The notes below the pieces were generated by a model that had not been told where the DNA came from, did no database searches, and saw nothing but the letters and a program-made list of their open reading frames with translations. Below, piece after piece: positions 25,601 to 39,887 of a stretch of 56,416 nt of DNA (the stretch's first letter is position 1; each line of letters begins with the position of its first letter). Source of the DNA: Catajapyx aquilonaris (Eukaryota); NCBI GenBank assembly GCA_000934665.2, contig JYFJ02002467.1, positions 1-56,416 of the forward strand. Reading direction: 5' to 3'. A program made the position numbers and the translations under genes.

Positions 25601-28600
25601 TTCGCAATCGCTGAATTGGTAAGGATACAGCGAGACTATTTTTTCCCCCCGTCACAAAACCAGCCTGACTGAAAATCTATGGTGGCTCTTTGCCAGCCAT
25701 GCAGTATACTGTAAAATGCTAGTGGACACCATTGTGGCTACGATCACACACAAAATAGTGGCAGGGCTTTAACACTACCCAGCCGTTTTAAAGGCCATTT
25801 ACTTCCTACTGCCACTCACAAAATCTATTGCATTTTATCGTGCAAAAGAGCCTCCCTAGATCATTCCAGAATCTCCCTATATCCACCTGCATTCTCTGAC
25901 ATGGACCATCCTATAGTGGAGACTTCATTAACGAAAACGAGGAGGGCGATTTTGGGAGACAAACTCAATGTCCGCAATGCAGAGGGCGCTGCACAAATCG
26001 AGGGAGGGCACCAATGTTGCCTGAATTATCCCTTTCATCCTCCGCTTCATTTCAACAGCCTCCAATCTGCCTCCGCTGATTTCTTTTCTCCGGGCAGAGC
26101 AATTTGGGGGGAACCAGGGGGGTAAGAAGGATAGGAGGGCTTCTTCCCAAAGCTGATTTAAAATCACAAGGCGGGGAAATAATGGCAGCGGGGCCTCTCC
26201 CCAAAATTCCCCTCCAAACTCATCATCGACAATGTCGGGCTATCGACGACCCTCACGTGGACGCAATAACGAATCTCTTGCGCCTGCTGCTCCTATTGGA
26301 AATTAAAACATTGCCAACACTTTATCCGATCCTCAATAAATGGTTGATGACGCCACCTGCAGGAAATGAGCAATGATGATTTGGGCCACATCTCCTTTAC
26401 GAGTAATGAATATATTATAATCTGTAAATTACTGCAAGAAGAACCATTAAAAGATCTCTTTTGTTTGATGGAAGACCTGTAGAGTCGCATTAAAAATTAC
26501 TCCCCTTGCAGTACCACATTCGGTAAGGGAATGGGACAATAAACTTCCCCTCGGATGATGCCGAAGCTTGCACTTTACTCCAATTACTTCCTTAAATGCC
26601 GTCAATCTTCATGGTTATGCCAGAGAAAGCGCTTATAAGGCCCTGCGAGGAAATTGCCATCCAGAACGAGCGTTTAGCCAGAATTCACGGCTGTATGCCA
26701 CGCAATTTTCATCCGCAATTTCAATTAGTCTCCTTGGGTACAGGCGAGTCCAAAATCTGAAAAAGCAGTCCTAACATTGTGTGCATGCAGTGTACTTAAA
26801 ACTTCATTGAAATTCGCCACCCTGCTTGTAAAATAGGCGCAATAATAATAATCAGGCGTCGTGATCGGCTGCAGTCCTACCTCACGACACTTGCTTGCTT
26901 TTATAGCACCTCCCACTTTATTTTCAGTGTGTGTTTGGCTTGCTTATATCTTCATAGGTGTTACGAGGGGGGGAAATAGGGCCCGCCTCTTCCCATGATC
27001 CAACTTAAGCAATCCAGCCTCTCTAATGGCCCCTAGGCAAAGAGCTTTCCTATCATAAAATATTTTTATGCTCCGAGTTAGCCATCCTCCCCCAGAACTC
27101 GCGGAGAAAAAAAGATTTACGACGCACTTTAAAATTGCCCGCACTGTTACGAGATACATACAGAAATGCTGCTGGATCGTCCGATATATATATTTTTTTT
27201 GCATAGTTACTGCATCAATCAGGTATCTCCAGAGATTTCTTCCATCGCGGGCCATAAATATTATAGAGTCTGGTTGATTTTGGTTTGTGGTATGTCATGA
27301 TCGTTATATGGTGGCAACAATTGAGTTTCAGGCACTGACCCCTACTATAGTCACACTATAGTGACAATTGGAGTTCGCAATTGGCTTATTAAAAGCGAAA
27401 TCCACGCCTTTCACCGCATCTTCAGACGACAGAAATCTAGCTCCAACACCTGCTCGACTTTCCCTAAACGTTTCAAGGCAGTGACACAAAATAAACAGAG
27501 ATGCACCCTTCTACACGACCTACTAAAACACATATCACTTCAAACGAGCTATCCTGACAGAGTCACGAGCTGAAATCATAAAAGCAGCAAATATTTACAC
27601 AGAAAATCCCTGCAAAAGCGAATTACATACTCCGCGTATTCTCATGGGTGAGAGACCTTAGTTTGCTTTCGAGCGGACAATACTTGTCAGTCAACTCACA
27701 AAGCCATGTCTACCCCCCATAATCACTGTGATCACGTCTCCGGAAAAAATACAAATTGTCATGTCACTGCACCGCAATCACGACACAAATGGCGGCCAGA
27801 AACAATAGCCGGCCCCCTGATCAAACAAGGCAACAAACACCGGATATTCATGGACACAGGCAGGATTTTTCCAGAAAACAAGTTTCGAAAATAACGCGGA
27901 AGTATATTCTCGAAGGTTAATGACTGAACACCTGATTACACCTCAAAATCCGCTTAGATCAGCACAGAAATTGCACCTGCCCGCCAATCAATCTCACCCC
28001 CCCTCTGGCCAAAAACAACCCTCGAGGGGAGAGAGAGAACCTTGGTTGCATTTTGCAGAGGCCAAATTGGACTATAGGCTTGTTGAACGAGTTCGAATGC
28101 AAGATGGGACCTTGCACACGTGTGGGCTTCCTGCTGGGAGAGAAAGACTGGTCATCTGGGGATCAAGTCAGGAGGATTTGGAAGGGGGGTGGGCAGAGAA
28201 CCAGATCCAGGCACAACCTGCACGGGATCGACCCAGGTCGGCCAAGCAACGGGGGCACCGATAATGGGAAAATCATGACACTGGGCTCACAATGCTGGGG
28301 GTTGATTGAGAGGAGGTGGGAGGAGAGAGGACGCCAGGGGAGGGCAGCAGACAAACCTGTTCAACACCCCCTGCACACCCTACCAATCTTCATGTCTTTT
28401 CCGGTGACACCTGAGCAGGCTCCAACTTTCCTATCACCAGGGAAAAACCGGCCCATACCTTCATTACAGCTCAACCCTGTAAACTTTGGCGAGACCCAGA
28501 TCAAATTACTGTTGCAGTTTCCCATGCAGCACGACGTGGTTCCGGCTAACGTGCAACCTCGCAATAAGATGGCGGAATAATTCGCAATTATTGTGCCGCT

Positions 28601-31600
28601 GAGGATCTACCTGTGAGCCAATTGTAAAACTTTAATCCTATTCTGACAACATATTTGCACAACAGTTTACTGCCCCTTCTATCAGCATAGTGCACTAGCC
28701 TCCAAGGAGATTTGATAATTTTAATCCGAGAAAGGACTGCGAATCGTGCTGGGCACGTGCATGGGATTAGCTCTTTATTCCGTGTGTCCGGCAACATTTA
28801 AGTAGTTCCCCACCCTCCTTGGAGGAAGTATTGAATCTCCAATGGAGTGAGACGGGGGAAGGCAGGCAACGATGGCGCAGACACCAGACGTCGGGCCAAC
28901 GTCCAACCAGCCCGCATTTGAAACTGCACGGGGATCACTCCACGCGCATGCGCCCCACGCACAATCCTCGGCAGATTCCTCTACCAAAGTGTCCAAGCTA
29001 TGCTTACAAGCTATGTTTTATTATTTAAAATATGCGCATTTTAACCCAGCACTGTTCATGATGTCAATAAATGCACATGCCTTTTAAAATATACTTACTC
29101 CCTAATGTTCCCAATCTAGTTGAACTTAAAATTCAAACATGGCCGGGTCACCAGAGAGTGACTACAGAGGACTTGTTTGCCAAAGCAGCTCCAGAGGATT
29201 TTCTCCTAATATGTTCGTTTTTTTTTTTTAAATTTATACTCGACGACAAGAGGTGCACGATTTCATGCCAAAAAACAAGTGTTGTTGACCGACCTTCGAA
29301 CCCCGAGTCACTTTCAACAATGCGACGTCACTTCTGATCTCGTACTGCGAGCCTTAATATTTTCAGTCCTTTTTCATGCAGATGTAACGAAATTGCGCGG
29401 AAAAGAGCCATGATGGCAATGAGTCACTCCTTGTCGAGATTTATGGTAGACATAACACTGAGATATGTTTGACAATGCCAACCATCATTGCACTATTACG
29501 CTGCACTAATCGTGCCTACGACGTATGTGTCATAGTGGACTAATAAAGCAATCAAATGTGAGCTTATCTTTAGTTCCGCATGCTGGATTCATCTATAAAT
29601 AGATGAAGAAATGCTATTTATTGCCATTCGTGCATAATGGGACCCAGGGACTACAGAGCTCCCAAAAACATCACCCAGAGCCGTCAGACACCATATCAGG
29701 GACAGGAAAATTCCTAAAAGCGCTGCAAACCTTGACGCAGACCTGTGTTTTGGTAGGCCCATTAATTCCAGGCACTAACATTTGTCCTACATCAATTTCG
29801 CCAATTTAAGGCAACGTATTACACGTGAACCTACTCCTACACATGCAATGACCGACCAAAATGGGTGCCGAGGATACCCCCAAAAGGGCGCCTGCGCTCG
29901 ATCAGAATAACAATGAGGAGCGGACAAATGATGCGAGTTAGCATAATTGCACAGTCAACGATGGCATTAGTTTTTGAAGGTCAAGCGAAGGTGATTGCTC
30001 TGGGTATCAATTTTACACTATCGCGAACCTGTCCTTTCCCTTCCCGTGATATTGTCCCGGGGATTTCCCAGCCTCAAAACCTTCCTTCTTTTCCTGCATC
30101 TGCTTGGAAATTATTTGGGATTCGTTCATTTTCTACTTTTATGAGCAGCCTCGACACTTTCACTCCTCTTCACCTTTCTGATCAAGGCGATATACACGTA
30201 CCTACAACGTGAATTGTTTGATGAAAACCAACTAAACAACAACCGTTCGCAGCTGCTCTTGTATGCATATTTGCATTTATATGGAAATATGTCAAAATAA
30301 TATCCACACGTTTAACAATAAGCTATTAACGAAAAGTACAAATGAACACACCACATTTACCACAATCTTTCACCTCACCTTTTGTCCTGATATCTACCTA
30401 AATGGAACAAAAGGTTGCTGAGTTTCATCTTGCTTTTACAATTTTATTGAACCAACCACTGGGAGAGGAGTTAGGAAGAGAATGTGGTTAACTCAGCTGG
30501 TGTAAGAGTGTGTGGTATAGGTATTGACTTCATATGAAATTCTTCAATAGTCACTATTTTCGCAATTCAATCTTTCAAGGCTTATTCTCAGCACCATTCA
30601 AAAAAAAATCCCGAAACATTCCCAGATAACAAACGAAACTAATTTAATTTCATACGTTTCGAATTCCCGCTGTTCCCTGTCATCCAGCCTATAGTTGTAA
30701 TATTTTCAAGCTCTCTAACTACGGCACACAAGAATCCACGGATGAACCGCAAAATCTGCGACTAATGACAGTACTCATGCTGTGCACTCGAAATTCTGAT
30801 ATTTCACAGCACCTACAATATCACCCAGCTGCGATTGCTAATTGGTAAGTTTTGCGTAAATTATTGTAGATCTGGGCTTCAGATTGGTTTGTGATATTGC
30901 AATTTTCTAGGCATCTCAACATACACGTGTGCAAATACTGAGAAGTTACGCATGGAGCACGAAATCTAGATTTTCCCAAAAGACGGTGTTTCTGACTACG
31001 TGGTGGATACAGCAGCGTTATAATTCCTTGTCATACCGGATAGGATGTGTTTGGTATGCGAGAGCAAGCTGAAAGATCAATCTGCCTAATAATTTTATTG
31101 CAGTGCAATAAAAAGAATTCGACGCAGAGAGAAGGCTGTTCACGAGGTCGAGGTGAGTTCGTCCTATAACCACACCTGCCATTGTTCGCATGTTACAAAC
31201 AGAAGTGCACTGACAACTTGAAGAATTCACTATCCACTTTTCACAAACCATCATTGTACACTATACATAACCATGCTTTGACCGAATGTCCCTTTAATCT
31301 CCTATCAAAACTAAAGGCACTTCGTGCTTGTTAGAAGTCATCGCTTCAGGTCATGCAGTGAAGTCTCTTAACTTGTGGTACAGTCATAAGACGCAATGAT
31401 ATCATGGCAAAGTAACAAAAATTACTGAAGGGTTTGTAGAAGTGGAGTGGCCACAAAGGACTTTGTTATTCTGTACCACGTTATTCAGTGAAGTTCAAAA
31501 AAGTATGCATTCGTTTCTATGAAATGTCGTGTTACGGTAAATTGTAGGCATGAAATTGGCTAAGGCCACATTATATTTCAATTAGATCCGCCGAAATGCT

Positions 31601-33099
31601 TACAATGTCACATCTCGACACGTGACATAGTAGATAAAATGTCAGAATTTAACCAATAATGTGCAATACAATATTTCTCAACATGACGGACATGTCTTAT
31701 GAGTTAACCTGTAATTTAAACAAAAATATGTGGTAATTCCATATGCCAATAAGAAACACTTTGATGGCCAGAACTTTACCAATCCTCTGAACATCCTTTC
31801 GTTGCAGAACCCACTGCATTTTTGCACTACAATGAACAGAAAAGTCAGTGACAGGAGTGTGATTTGTGCTGATTGGCTCCAAATCTACTCTACTTTTAAT
31901 CCTTTCACATCATAACGTTACACAGGTTATCAATGATCTACGAAAAGGGGCAGAACTTTAAAAGTACTTGTTTCAGGATCTTGGTTTGCTTGAACCACCA
32001 TAATTTTTACTGGAATTGCTCCTAATAATGTTATATGTTTTGTTCTCTATTCATTCTTTTATTGCATAATTATACTAGCACTCAAAATGAGAACCGTGCG
32101 ATTATTCCTGTTGAAATCGCCACAGGGTTGCAAGGTACCTTCGTTAATATTTTCAACCACTTTTATATAAAAGTCATATTCTTCGAGTTACATGCTCACA
32201 AGTGTCATTTGATAGAATAAATCACTTTGCAACACTTGTTATATGAAAGGGTAACAAAATGCAGAACCAATATTTAGCACATATAAATAGAGTATCATAC
32301 ATTCCAGTATTGTTAAACAATTGGCAAAACGAAAAATCAGGCATACCTACTACTTTTGCCAGAGAAAATATTAGTATCAATATCCAAATCAGTAGGACAA
32401 ATGTAAGTTTCACTTTTTAAACTAACATTATTGCGACAAACTTCCGCTATGACAAGAGATCCTGCAACATATCATTTCATATATTTCCTACGTGTTTTTG
32501 TACTCAAACCCCTTAGTGCATGCAGCCAGATTATACTGCTCAGGTTCTCCATCAGCAACAATTTTATTAATATCAAAACAAATGACACCGAAAGCCATTA
32601 TCTATCCATCCTGTCAGAAACTGCTGGACAGTTTTATTTGATGCAGTCCGTTGCGGTAAAGTGCCACTGTAATATCAACAAACAGCCCGCGCAAAATGAC
32701 CACAACAGTCAATGGCAGTTGCCTTCCTAGAATATAATGGATTGCAAATAAACTGTTTGGCGTTTCTTTTCGTCGCATATCGCGAAACCGAGATACGTCT
32801 AGGCTGTAGGGGTAGATGTACTGTACATGTATGTTAAAACATTGCTCTCTCTCTTTCTCTCTTTCTCTCTCATTATTCAAAACTTTTGATGTGATAAAAT
32901 ACCTGACGTTCAAAGCTTTTTTTCGGTGACATGTTATGGGCCATATGACATTTCAACCGACGTAATACGCGTCCAAAGTACATATGCGAAGGGAAGTACA
33001 ACATGGATGGTGAATTTATATTGCTCATTAATTGTTGTCCACAATACACATAATGGCAGAAATCATTCTTCCATCCAGAGTCTATACTGGCAGTTGTGT

Positions 33100-33430
33100 A
33101 AAATTTTTCGAAGAGTATCGTTCGGATGGAAAAGCACGTGTGTGGACGAAAGATTTTTCGGACGAATTGCCTTTGGGCAAAATCAATTATAATGTGTAAG
33201 ATTTTTGGCGAAAATTGTCTGGGCGATACCTCCGGTCAATATACGACACTACTTTTCCGAATGAAGGGTTAAGTCTCGCGTCTGCTAGTAATATACAGAT
33301 TTCCATGACAGATGCGGTACATCTAATAACAATAATATTTATCATATATATCTCGGAATTTCTTATGACAGTAGAGGTCAATGGCCAAAGGGCATTTCGC
33401 CAAATGGTTTTCCCCAAAATGTTGCCAATA
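33100..33430. repeat. Degenerate ~15-bp units in inverted orientation; possible old foldback/MITE remnant
   Basis: Plus-strand units TTTTCGGACGAATTGCC, TTTGGGCAAAAT and TTTTGGCGAAAATTGTC near 33100-33230, with similar minus-strand units (TTTTGGGGAAAACCA, TTTGGCGAAATGCCC) near 33385-33420. Ends are undefined. Confidence 0.3.
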
Positions 33431-33667
33431 TTACGCGTAAGTGTACACGTCAAAAGTTCTCAACCCGTGATGTAAATGCTTTTTTCGCGATCATTCCTGC
33501 GCATTTTGGCTCAAATATCTTGGAACACATGCCTGTATGAATATTGAACGTCGCTAAACTCAACCTGCCCTGAAAAGGATACGTACTGCATGCACAGGGA
33601 CAGGACTGACCGTATCACATAAATATTCATGCCAGATTGTTTCTTATGACCAGTAAATGGTGTAAAT

Positions 33668-33953
33668 CAGAGGTTCCCAAACTTTTTGAGTCGCGGAGCA
33701 CTTTTCAGGAGAGATATTCGTGACGGAGCACTAACATCATCGAGCCCCAAAATTTCGGGGGCGGAGGGGGGGGGGGTGGAGGGGCAGCGCCAAATTAGTA
33801 AATGGGAAGGTGAGTGGCGGCGAAAAGGCGCCGCAGGCAAAAGATTTGGGGTTCAAAGTCACACAAGCTACTGAGAGATTTGAATGGGTATAGCTTATTA
33901 AAGAATTCATTTTTTTCCCAACCTCTTCGCGGAGCACAGTTTGGGAAACTCTG
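33668..33953. mobile_element. Non-autonomous hAT (Charlie-like) DNA transposon/MITE, 286 bp
   Basis: Terminal inverted repeats (TIRs) CAGAGGTTCCCAAACT ... AGTTTGGGAAACTCTG (15/16 match). Perfect 8-bp TSD GTGTAAAT at 33660-33667 and 33954-33961. Subterminal motif CGGAGCAC occurs three times. Confidence 0.92.
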
Positions 33954-36900
33954 GTGTAAATGAAAGTGTTGGGAAGCCCTGGTTCATCTACAACCGTATG
34001 CACGGCGCTGAAATCAGGTCTCTTTAATGTTGCTTTTCAGAATTGCTTGTAAGACATGTACCAATATTAATGGCGTAACGACGGAGTGGCACAATATTAA
34101 AGAATCTATACGCTTACTACGTTTCTCTGGATCGCAGTTAGCAGTTGGGAGCCTGTGCAGTGAAGTAGTCAGCTGGAATGCCCCTAGGCAGGGTTTCCTC
34201 TTCACTGTGCAAGCGTACCTTCTAACTCCAAACTACCAACTTTGGACCATGGAAGCGTATAGTAATTATAGTAGAAACATCCCCTGCCGTCTATGCCCTA
34301 CAAAACCAATCCTAATATGCATTGTGCAGAACCTATCCAAGTGGAGTTTTCTCCCTTTAATTCGTGACTGAATGGATACAAAGGCTAGACCAAGCGTGAA
34401 CTGTAAGCGAGGAATAATCAAACTTTTGAGGTAGAGCACACCACATTCCTGAAATACTTTACATGAGTATGCCTTAGTCAAAACTTCTAAAAATAGCAAA
34501 CAGCATTGGTCAAGATAGGAATCAAACTGAAGGGAGTGAAAACAAAACATGTGACAAGATCAGCTCCAACACATCTACCTACAGCAAGCAATAAAATTAA
34601 CAGAAACAGGAGGGTAGTTAAAATGAAAACTGACATTGAAAAGGGAAATTACTAGAAGAGCAAGAAGGAAATAATCGGTGGGTATGGAACAACATGAATT
34701 GTACGGCTGGGAACTAGAGAAGCAGCAAGAATTGAAAATGAGAATCAGAGCATATGGAAAAGTGGAAAACACATTAACTGGCAAAATCCGTCTTAAGAGA
34801 GGAAAGTTAATAATTAGGTGGCAGAGAAAAAGAGGAGAGAGAACCATAATTCAGAACAGAAAATCGGAGAAGATGGGAAAAAAAGCATAGTGGGTAAGGG
34901 AATATGAATTGAAAGCCTTGCCTTGGTGCAAAAACCATATCCGACCATATCAGTCTATATTGACTGAAAATTATGTACAGGCGTTGCTACCTTCTAAGGG
35001 CATTTCTGCTTGTTTTGGTACAATAATAATTCCTGTCGTATTTGAATGTGACGAAATCACCACTCTAACTGCAGTACGTGTTACGTTATATTAGCCTGCA
35101 TTTTGTTCTGAATATGAGGACAGATAAGACTCTTTTTTTTGACCAAGGTTAAATAGATACGCACAAAAACATTATCACGAAAAGGTCATAATGTAATATG
35201 GAGGGGAGGGGGGGGGGGGGGGGGGGGGCGNGGGGGGAATGCTACCGAGAATTCTGAATTATACAAAAACAAATATTGATCATAGCTCGCTCGAGTTCTT
35301 GCAATTTTCATATGACTGGCATACCCCATTCACACATTCAGGAACCTAATATGCCAAGCTTGCTGCGGTGCACGAGGGATGTTAAAAATGGCATTATCCT
35401 CTTGCAAACAACGCGCTCTCGGACATTCATCCCTTTGCCAGACGTATCAAGAATAGAATTTACCAAGTACCCTCTCTGGACGAGAGGGGAGAGGGGCAAA
35501 CACCCCTCGGCCAACTCCGCAAGTCACTTCTTACAGGCACACCATTGTCTACATTATTTTACAGACAACCCAAAAAATCCCCTGGACTCGTACAGATAAT
35601 CCACTTCGAGACAAGTCATATCAGAATCAGTTAAATAATAATCAAACATGCTATCTGGCGAGGTCATCAAAAGGACAGCAAGAGAACCATCCGGCTTCCC
35701 TGGAGCATTGCAGCATTCCTGATTTCCCGGCTTGTTTGCAAAATGCCTTTTTGCCTGACTGTCACAACAATAATTCATGTTACTACAATGACCGGAAGCT
35801 TCGAAACTATGCAGGTAGCACGGCCTAATGTGCTACCTTCCTTGACAATACCGGTATGCGCCGGATTTTTATTGGCAGTAATCTGGCTGTGACGCAAACG
35901 TTTTATCAGATGATTAAAGTTCAGGTTACGATACCAACATCATTGTGTGGAAAAAATAGTGCACGGGACGTTCCATCGCTTTGTTAGCTTTTTAAATTTT
36001 ATTAGGTAAACGTGCTCCGTTAAATTTATGTTCCCTAATCTTACATTCAAGTCACATTACTCACAACAATGCGAATAGGAGCAATGAAAGCGCCCAGTGT
36101 TTAAAAATTCACAAACCCAAGGCACCATCTTGAGTCATCTGATGACCTTTCCGACGTTGACATATTCGTGTCAACATTGATGGGCTTCCGCCTGGATGAC
36201 GACCACCTACGAATCCGTCAAGACATATATTACATGTCATAAGATAATGACGAATTGATGCCATCTCTCTCTCATTCGGCCACGTGCACACGCTCACATT
36301 GCCTGGAGCAGCAGCATGCAGGCAGTTGTGTAAGGCCATGTTAGGTATAAGTGTCCATTGTGACTCAATCAACTTGCCGGAGTTATAGCAACTGAAAACA
36401 TGTTACATCCATATGCAATGGTATGTCACCAACTGGCACATCCACAATTCCTCGTGACAAAATAGGCACCATGTAACTGACTAGCCAGAGAATAAGGGCA
36501 TAAGTCCAGCAGGATAGAAAAATCGCAGTACAAAATAATAAAAAATTAAGTAGACACTATGGAGAGATAAATTGAACAGTGCCTAAGTTAGTAAGTAGAT
36601 TATTTCAATGAAATTCATTACAGGCTGACAAACTACATGTACTGTTTCTCAGTATAAATATGCGGTCAATACCTGCAAATAGTATGCCCATGCATGTTCT
36701 GCAAAGTTCACGACACAAAAATTATCTCGTACCCAAGGTTTTCTGGCTGGAAAAGTTGCATATATTTTTTAAAAAGTCCAACTGCAAAAATAATACCCTG
36801 CAACTACAATGACACAGAAGCATGTTACATCTTTCGCAGTGCCCTCATTTTAGTAACTACTTATAACTCGGACACTGCAACCAACTAGGCAGAGTGCAGT

Positions 36901-39887
36901 TGCTATGAAAAAAATGCGCTGATTTTGCCAGAGGGAACTAGCTGATGCTCAGTCAGTTGCAAAGTCCTGCATGAGTGGGTAACTGAATGAACATCAAAGG
37001 CCATTTTTGCATAAAAATTGCGGGGGAATCGGGCTTTATATGCCATTTCATTTTAATATTTGTGCAATATCAAACTTGCAACTGGTGTGAGACTTACGAA
37101 AAATATTCAGTGTCTGTGCTCGTGAATACATTATGTTAATGTGGATGTGACAGTGAATGGTCCACGCTTTGGTACTAAACTGACATGAACGTAGGCACAC
37201 AGTAATGAGTTATGACTCACACGGTGTGATTCAATGCACTAGATTGGGCCTTCCTAATCATGATGTATGACCACGTCCGAGAAAGTCTATGCTACTGAAG
37301 CCGTCATGTTTCTGACATAAAACCAAAGTGAACCGTTTCCTTATTACAGCCATGTTACAGAGCAAAGTAAGGGCTTGTATGTGACACACAGCATATACAT
37401 TTGGCAATCGCTACCGCCATTTACATCAGAACAGTGCTTGTCTTTGTGCCAGCGTCTTGTTGGCGCGTTTTCTTGGGCACCAGCAGTAGACCCCGTTGAG
37501 AGAAGAAAGACGGGGGGCTCCAAACTCCAAAGAAACTTTGTCCTGGATCTGGTTCCCGCCAGATCGTTCCCAGGTTGTCCTCTTCACGTCTAGGGGGTCC
37601 CCTTCCTCCCAAAAAGCCAACCTCACACACTTGGCCCGGAGCAGGGCTGTTACTATGGGCTCCTTAGCATTTCCACAAGCCCATTTCCCTGCCAAGTCTA
37701 ATTACCACTCAGCTATTTATAAGGCCTTTCACTCAGCAATTTCCCACATACCTCCTGCCCAACTCCCTATGAAGGAAGTGGCCTGTGACGTCCTAGGTAC
37801 GTTAGCATTGACAGTTGTCACACGGACAGCGTCTCATTTCCTCATAACCCCCCAGTCAGTCATGGCGGCAGCACCACCGGGGTCCTTGCGTGCCTAAGTA
37901 GCACAAATCGATGCCTGATTCATCTGCCTATAACTTTCCAATTCCGTTTTGAAATTATGTGTACACAGGCGTTGCACAATCGGGCAGATGATGTCCCACT
38001 TGCACCTACGGACACCCCTGCCTCGCTACTCAAACAAGAGTTCCCCCCCTCTTTTTTCCTCCGGTTTCCAAGCGGGCTTTCATTGGACGCCTGAAATGCT
38101 CCTTTGCCCAGATCCAGCTCTTCTCGTTGGTTGCCCAGGCATCAATACCCAGGGCCTGTGCACTCCTTTTTTTGTGTGTGCGACTGTGTATACAGCGCTC
38201 CCACAGTTCAGCAAAAATATACTGCGGACCAGCGACGCAATATCACAAACGTGGAAAATTGTAGGGGGAAAAGTAGGGTGCTCGGATCATCCTAAGAACC
38301 TAGAGAGAGCCACGCCCAATTGTGCATCCAGCGCAAAAATTGGTCCCATGACAAAAACCGTGCCTCCGTTCCCTTTTAGGATGAAAAAAATGTTCAAAGT
38401 GACCCTTGAAGACATCACGCAAGAATATTGGGCGTGCGGGCCAATAGCCTTGGGAGTCGGAGGAATGTCCTGCTGCGGAGGCGCGCTACAAAACACAATG
38501 CACCCAATTAAAACCCCCCTCCCAAGAGCTGAGGGTGGCTGGGAAGGGTGGATGGTAGGGGGGCCAGTTTCAGAAACGCCTACCAAAAGCGTCGGTCCAT
38601 CCGAGGTCGAAACTATGTTTTTTTTTTCTTTTAACAGGGTGCCAAAAAAGCACTACCACTTCCACAATAATGGCCATCCAGCCTATAGCAAGAAGTGGGT
38701 TTTGCCACTACTAATCTGCACGCAGACCTTAGACGTGGCTACTTCTGACTCTCTGATCCTGCAGCAAGCTAAAAGCCCTCTATGCTGCGAGCTAGTCTGC
38801 GAGCCTAATCCCTTTGAATGCAGCAGTTGGAAGGGAGCGAGTCTACGGCCGCCCCGAGCCATCCAGACCCACTCCACCCTTCCCCCCATACTCTTTCCGG
38901 TTGGCTCCGCACCAGCTGCAACCGAGCAGAACGGCCATGTCCAAAAAGGCTCAGGCTATCCTCCTCCGCGACCTCTTCTCTCTTGGCTCTCTCTCCCATA
39001 CCACCCTCTAGCTACAGTGAATCACACGGAGGTGAACTGCATCGTTGCCATTTCCATCAACTACGCCAACTCCTCTCTATATAAACTCTCTCTAAACTGA
39101 AGTCCAGGTGAGACATTTTTGACCTTACGTTGTCAGTGCAGTCTGGCAATGCTGACTGCCCTAGAACGGGCATGAATTATTAAGCATATTAGGTATACTA
39201 GACAACCTTGAGAGTCACGACGAGTCTTCTTTCATTCACTTGGCTCTTACAAGATGGCTTTTTATCGCAGCCTCACAAAGTCCACTTTCTTTGACCGTCG
39301 CTGCCAGCGTGACCCCTTCCCTGCCCTTTTTCTCTCCTTGCCACACTTACATAACTATCAGCATATCAAACCGTCTGTCGCTTTAGAGACAAGGAGACTG
39401 CTAATAGGCTGTGGCAGTAGCTAGCAATGTGTTAGCAAGGGACTAAGATTCCAGCCATGATCCTTCATAACCGTGGACTGCCACACAATCTGGCATCACT
39501 GAGAGAGCAAACATGGCAATGCCGGGGAGCTAAACCCCACGGCCGGCGAACAAGAGGGCCTTGCTACAGAATACCAATTGCCAAGCACAGTGAATGAAGC
39601 TGGAGGGGAAGGTAAATCGCAAACTCCCTATCTGCCGAGCTGGGGTATTTTACAAGCCTGTTATGCAACAGGTCATTTGAAAGTACTAAATAACACTCGC
39701 GAATTATTTCGTGGGCACGCATGTCAAGGGTGTGCCACAAATACATTACGGCCTATTGTTTTGTGCGCATACTACACAACACCCTGCCCATTCTCCACGC
39801 AAGCACATGAATAGTAACACACACAAATATTACACCTCAATTCGCGCGTACCTACCTTCAGTGCGCACTTATTAGTACGCTACTTAC

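Noticed and set aside
28566..28575. YY1/Pho motif AAGATGGCGG (also AAATGGCGGC near 27787)
   Set aside because: Isolated motifs with no associated exon or promoter structure visible.
35200..35237. Long poly-G runs containing N (also near 6551, 42607, 54702)
   Set aside because: Homopolymers with ambiguous base calls; probably sequencing or assembly uncertainty.
37949..39100. Longest ORF in the track (383 aa, + strand)
   Set aside because: No recognisable domain. The composition (Pro/Cys/Phe/Lys runs arising from homopolymers) is typical of non-coding DNA, and it is antisense within spen intron 2. A BLASTp/Pfam hit or Ribo-seq signal would overturn this.
38890..39100. Minus-strand TCAGTT initiator-like motif, GA-rich leader and weak donor AGA|GTATGG as an alternative first exon
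   Set aside because: Short motifs with a weak donor; indistinguishable from chance without CAGE data.
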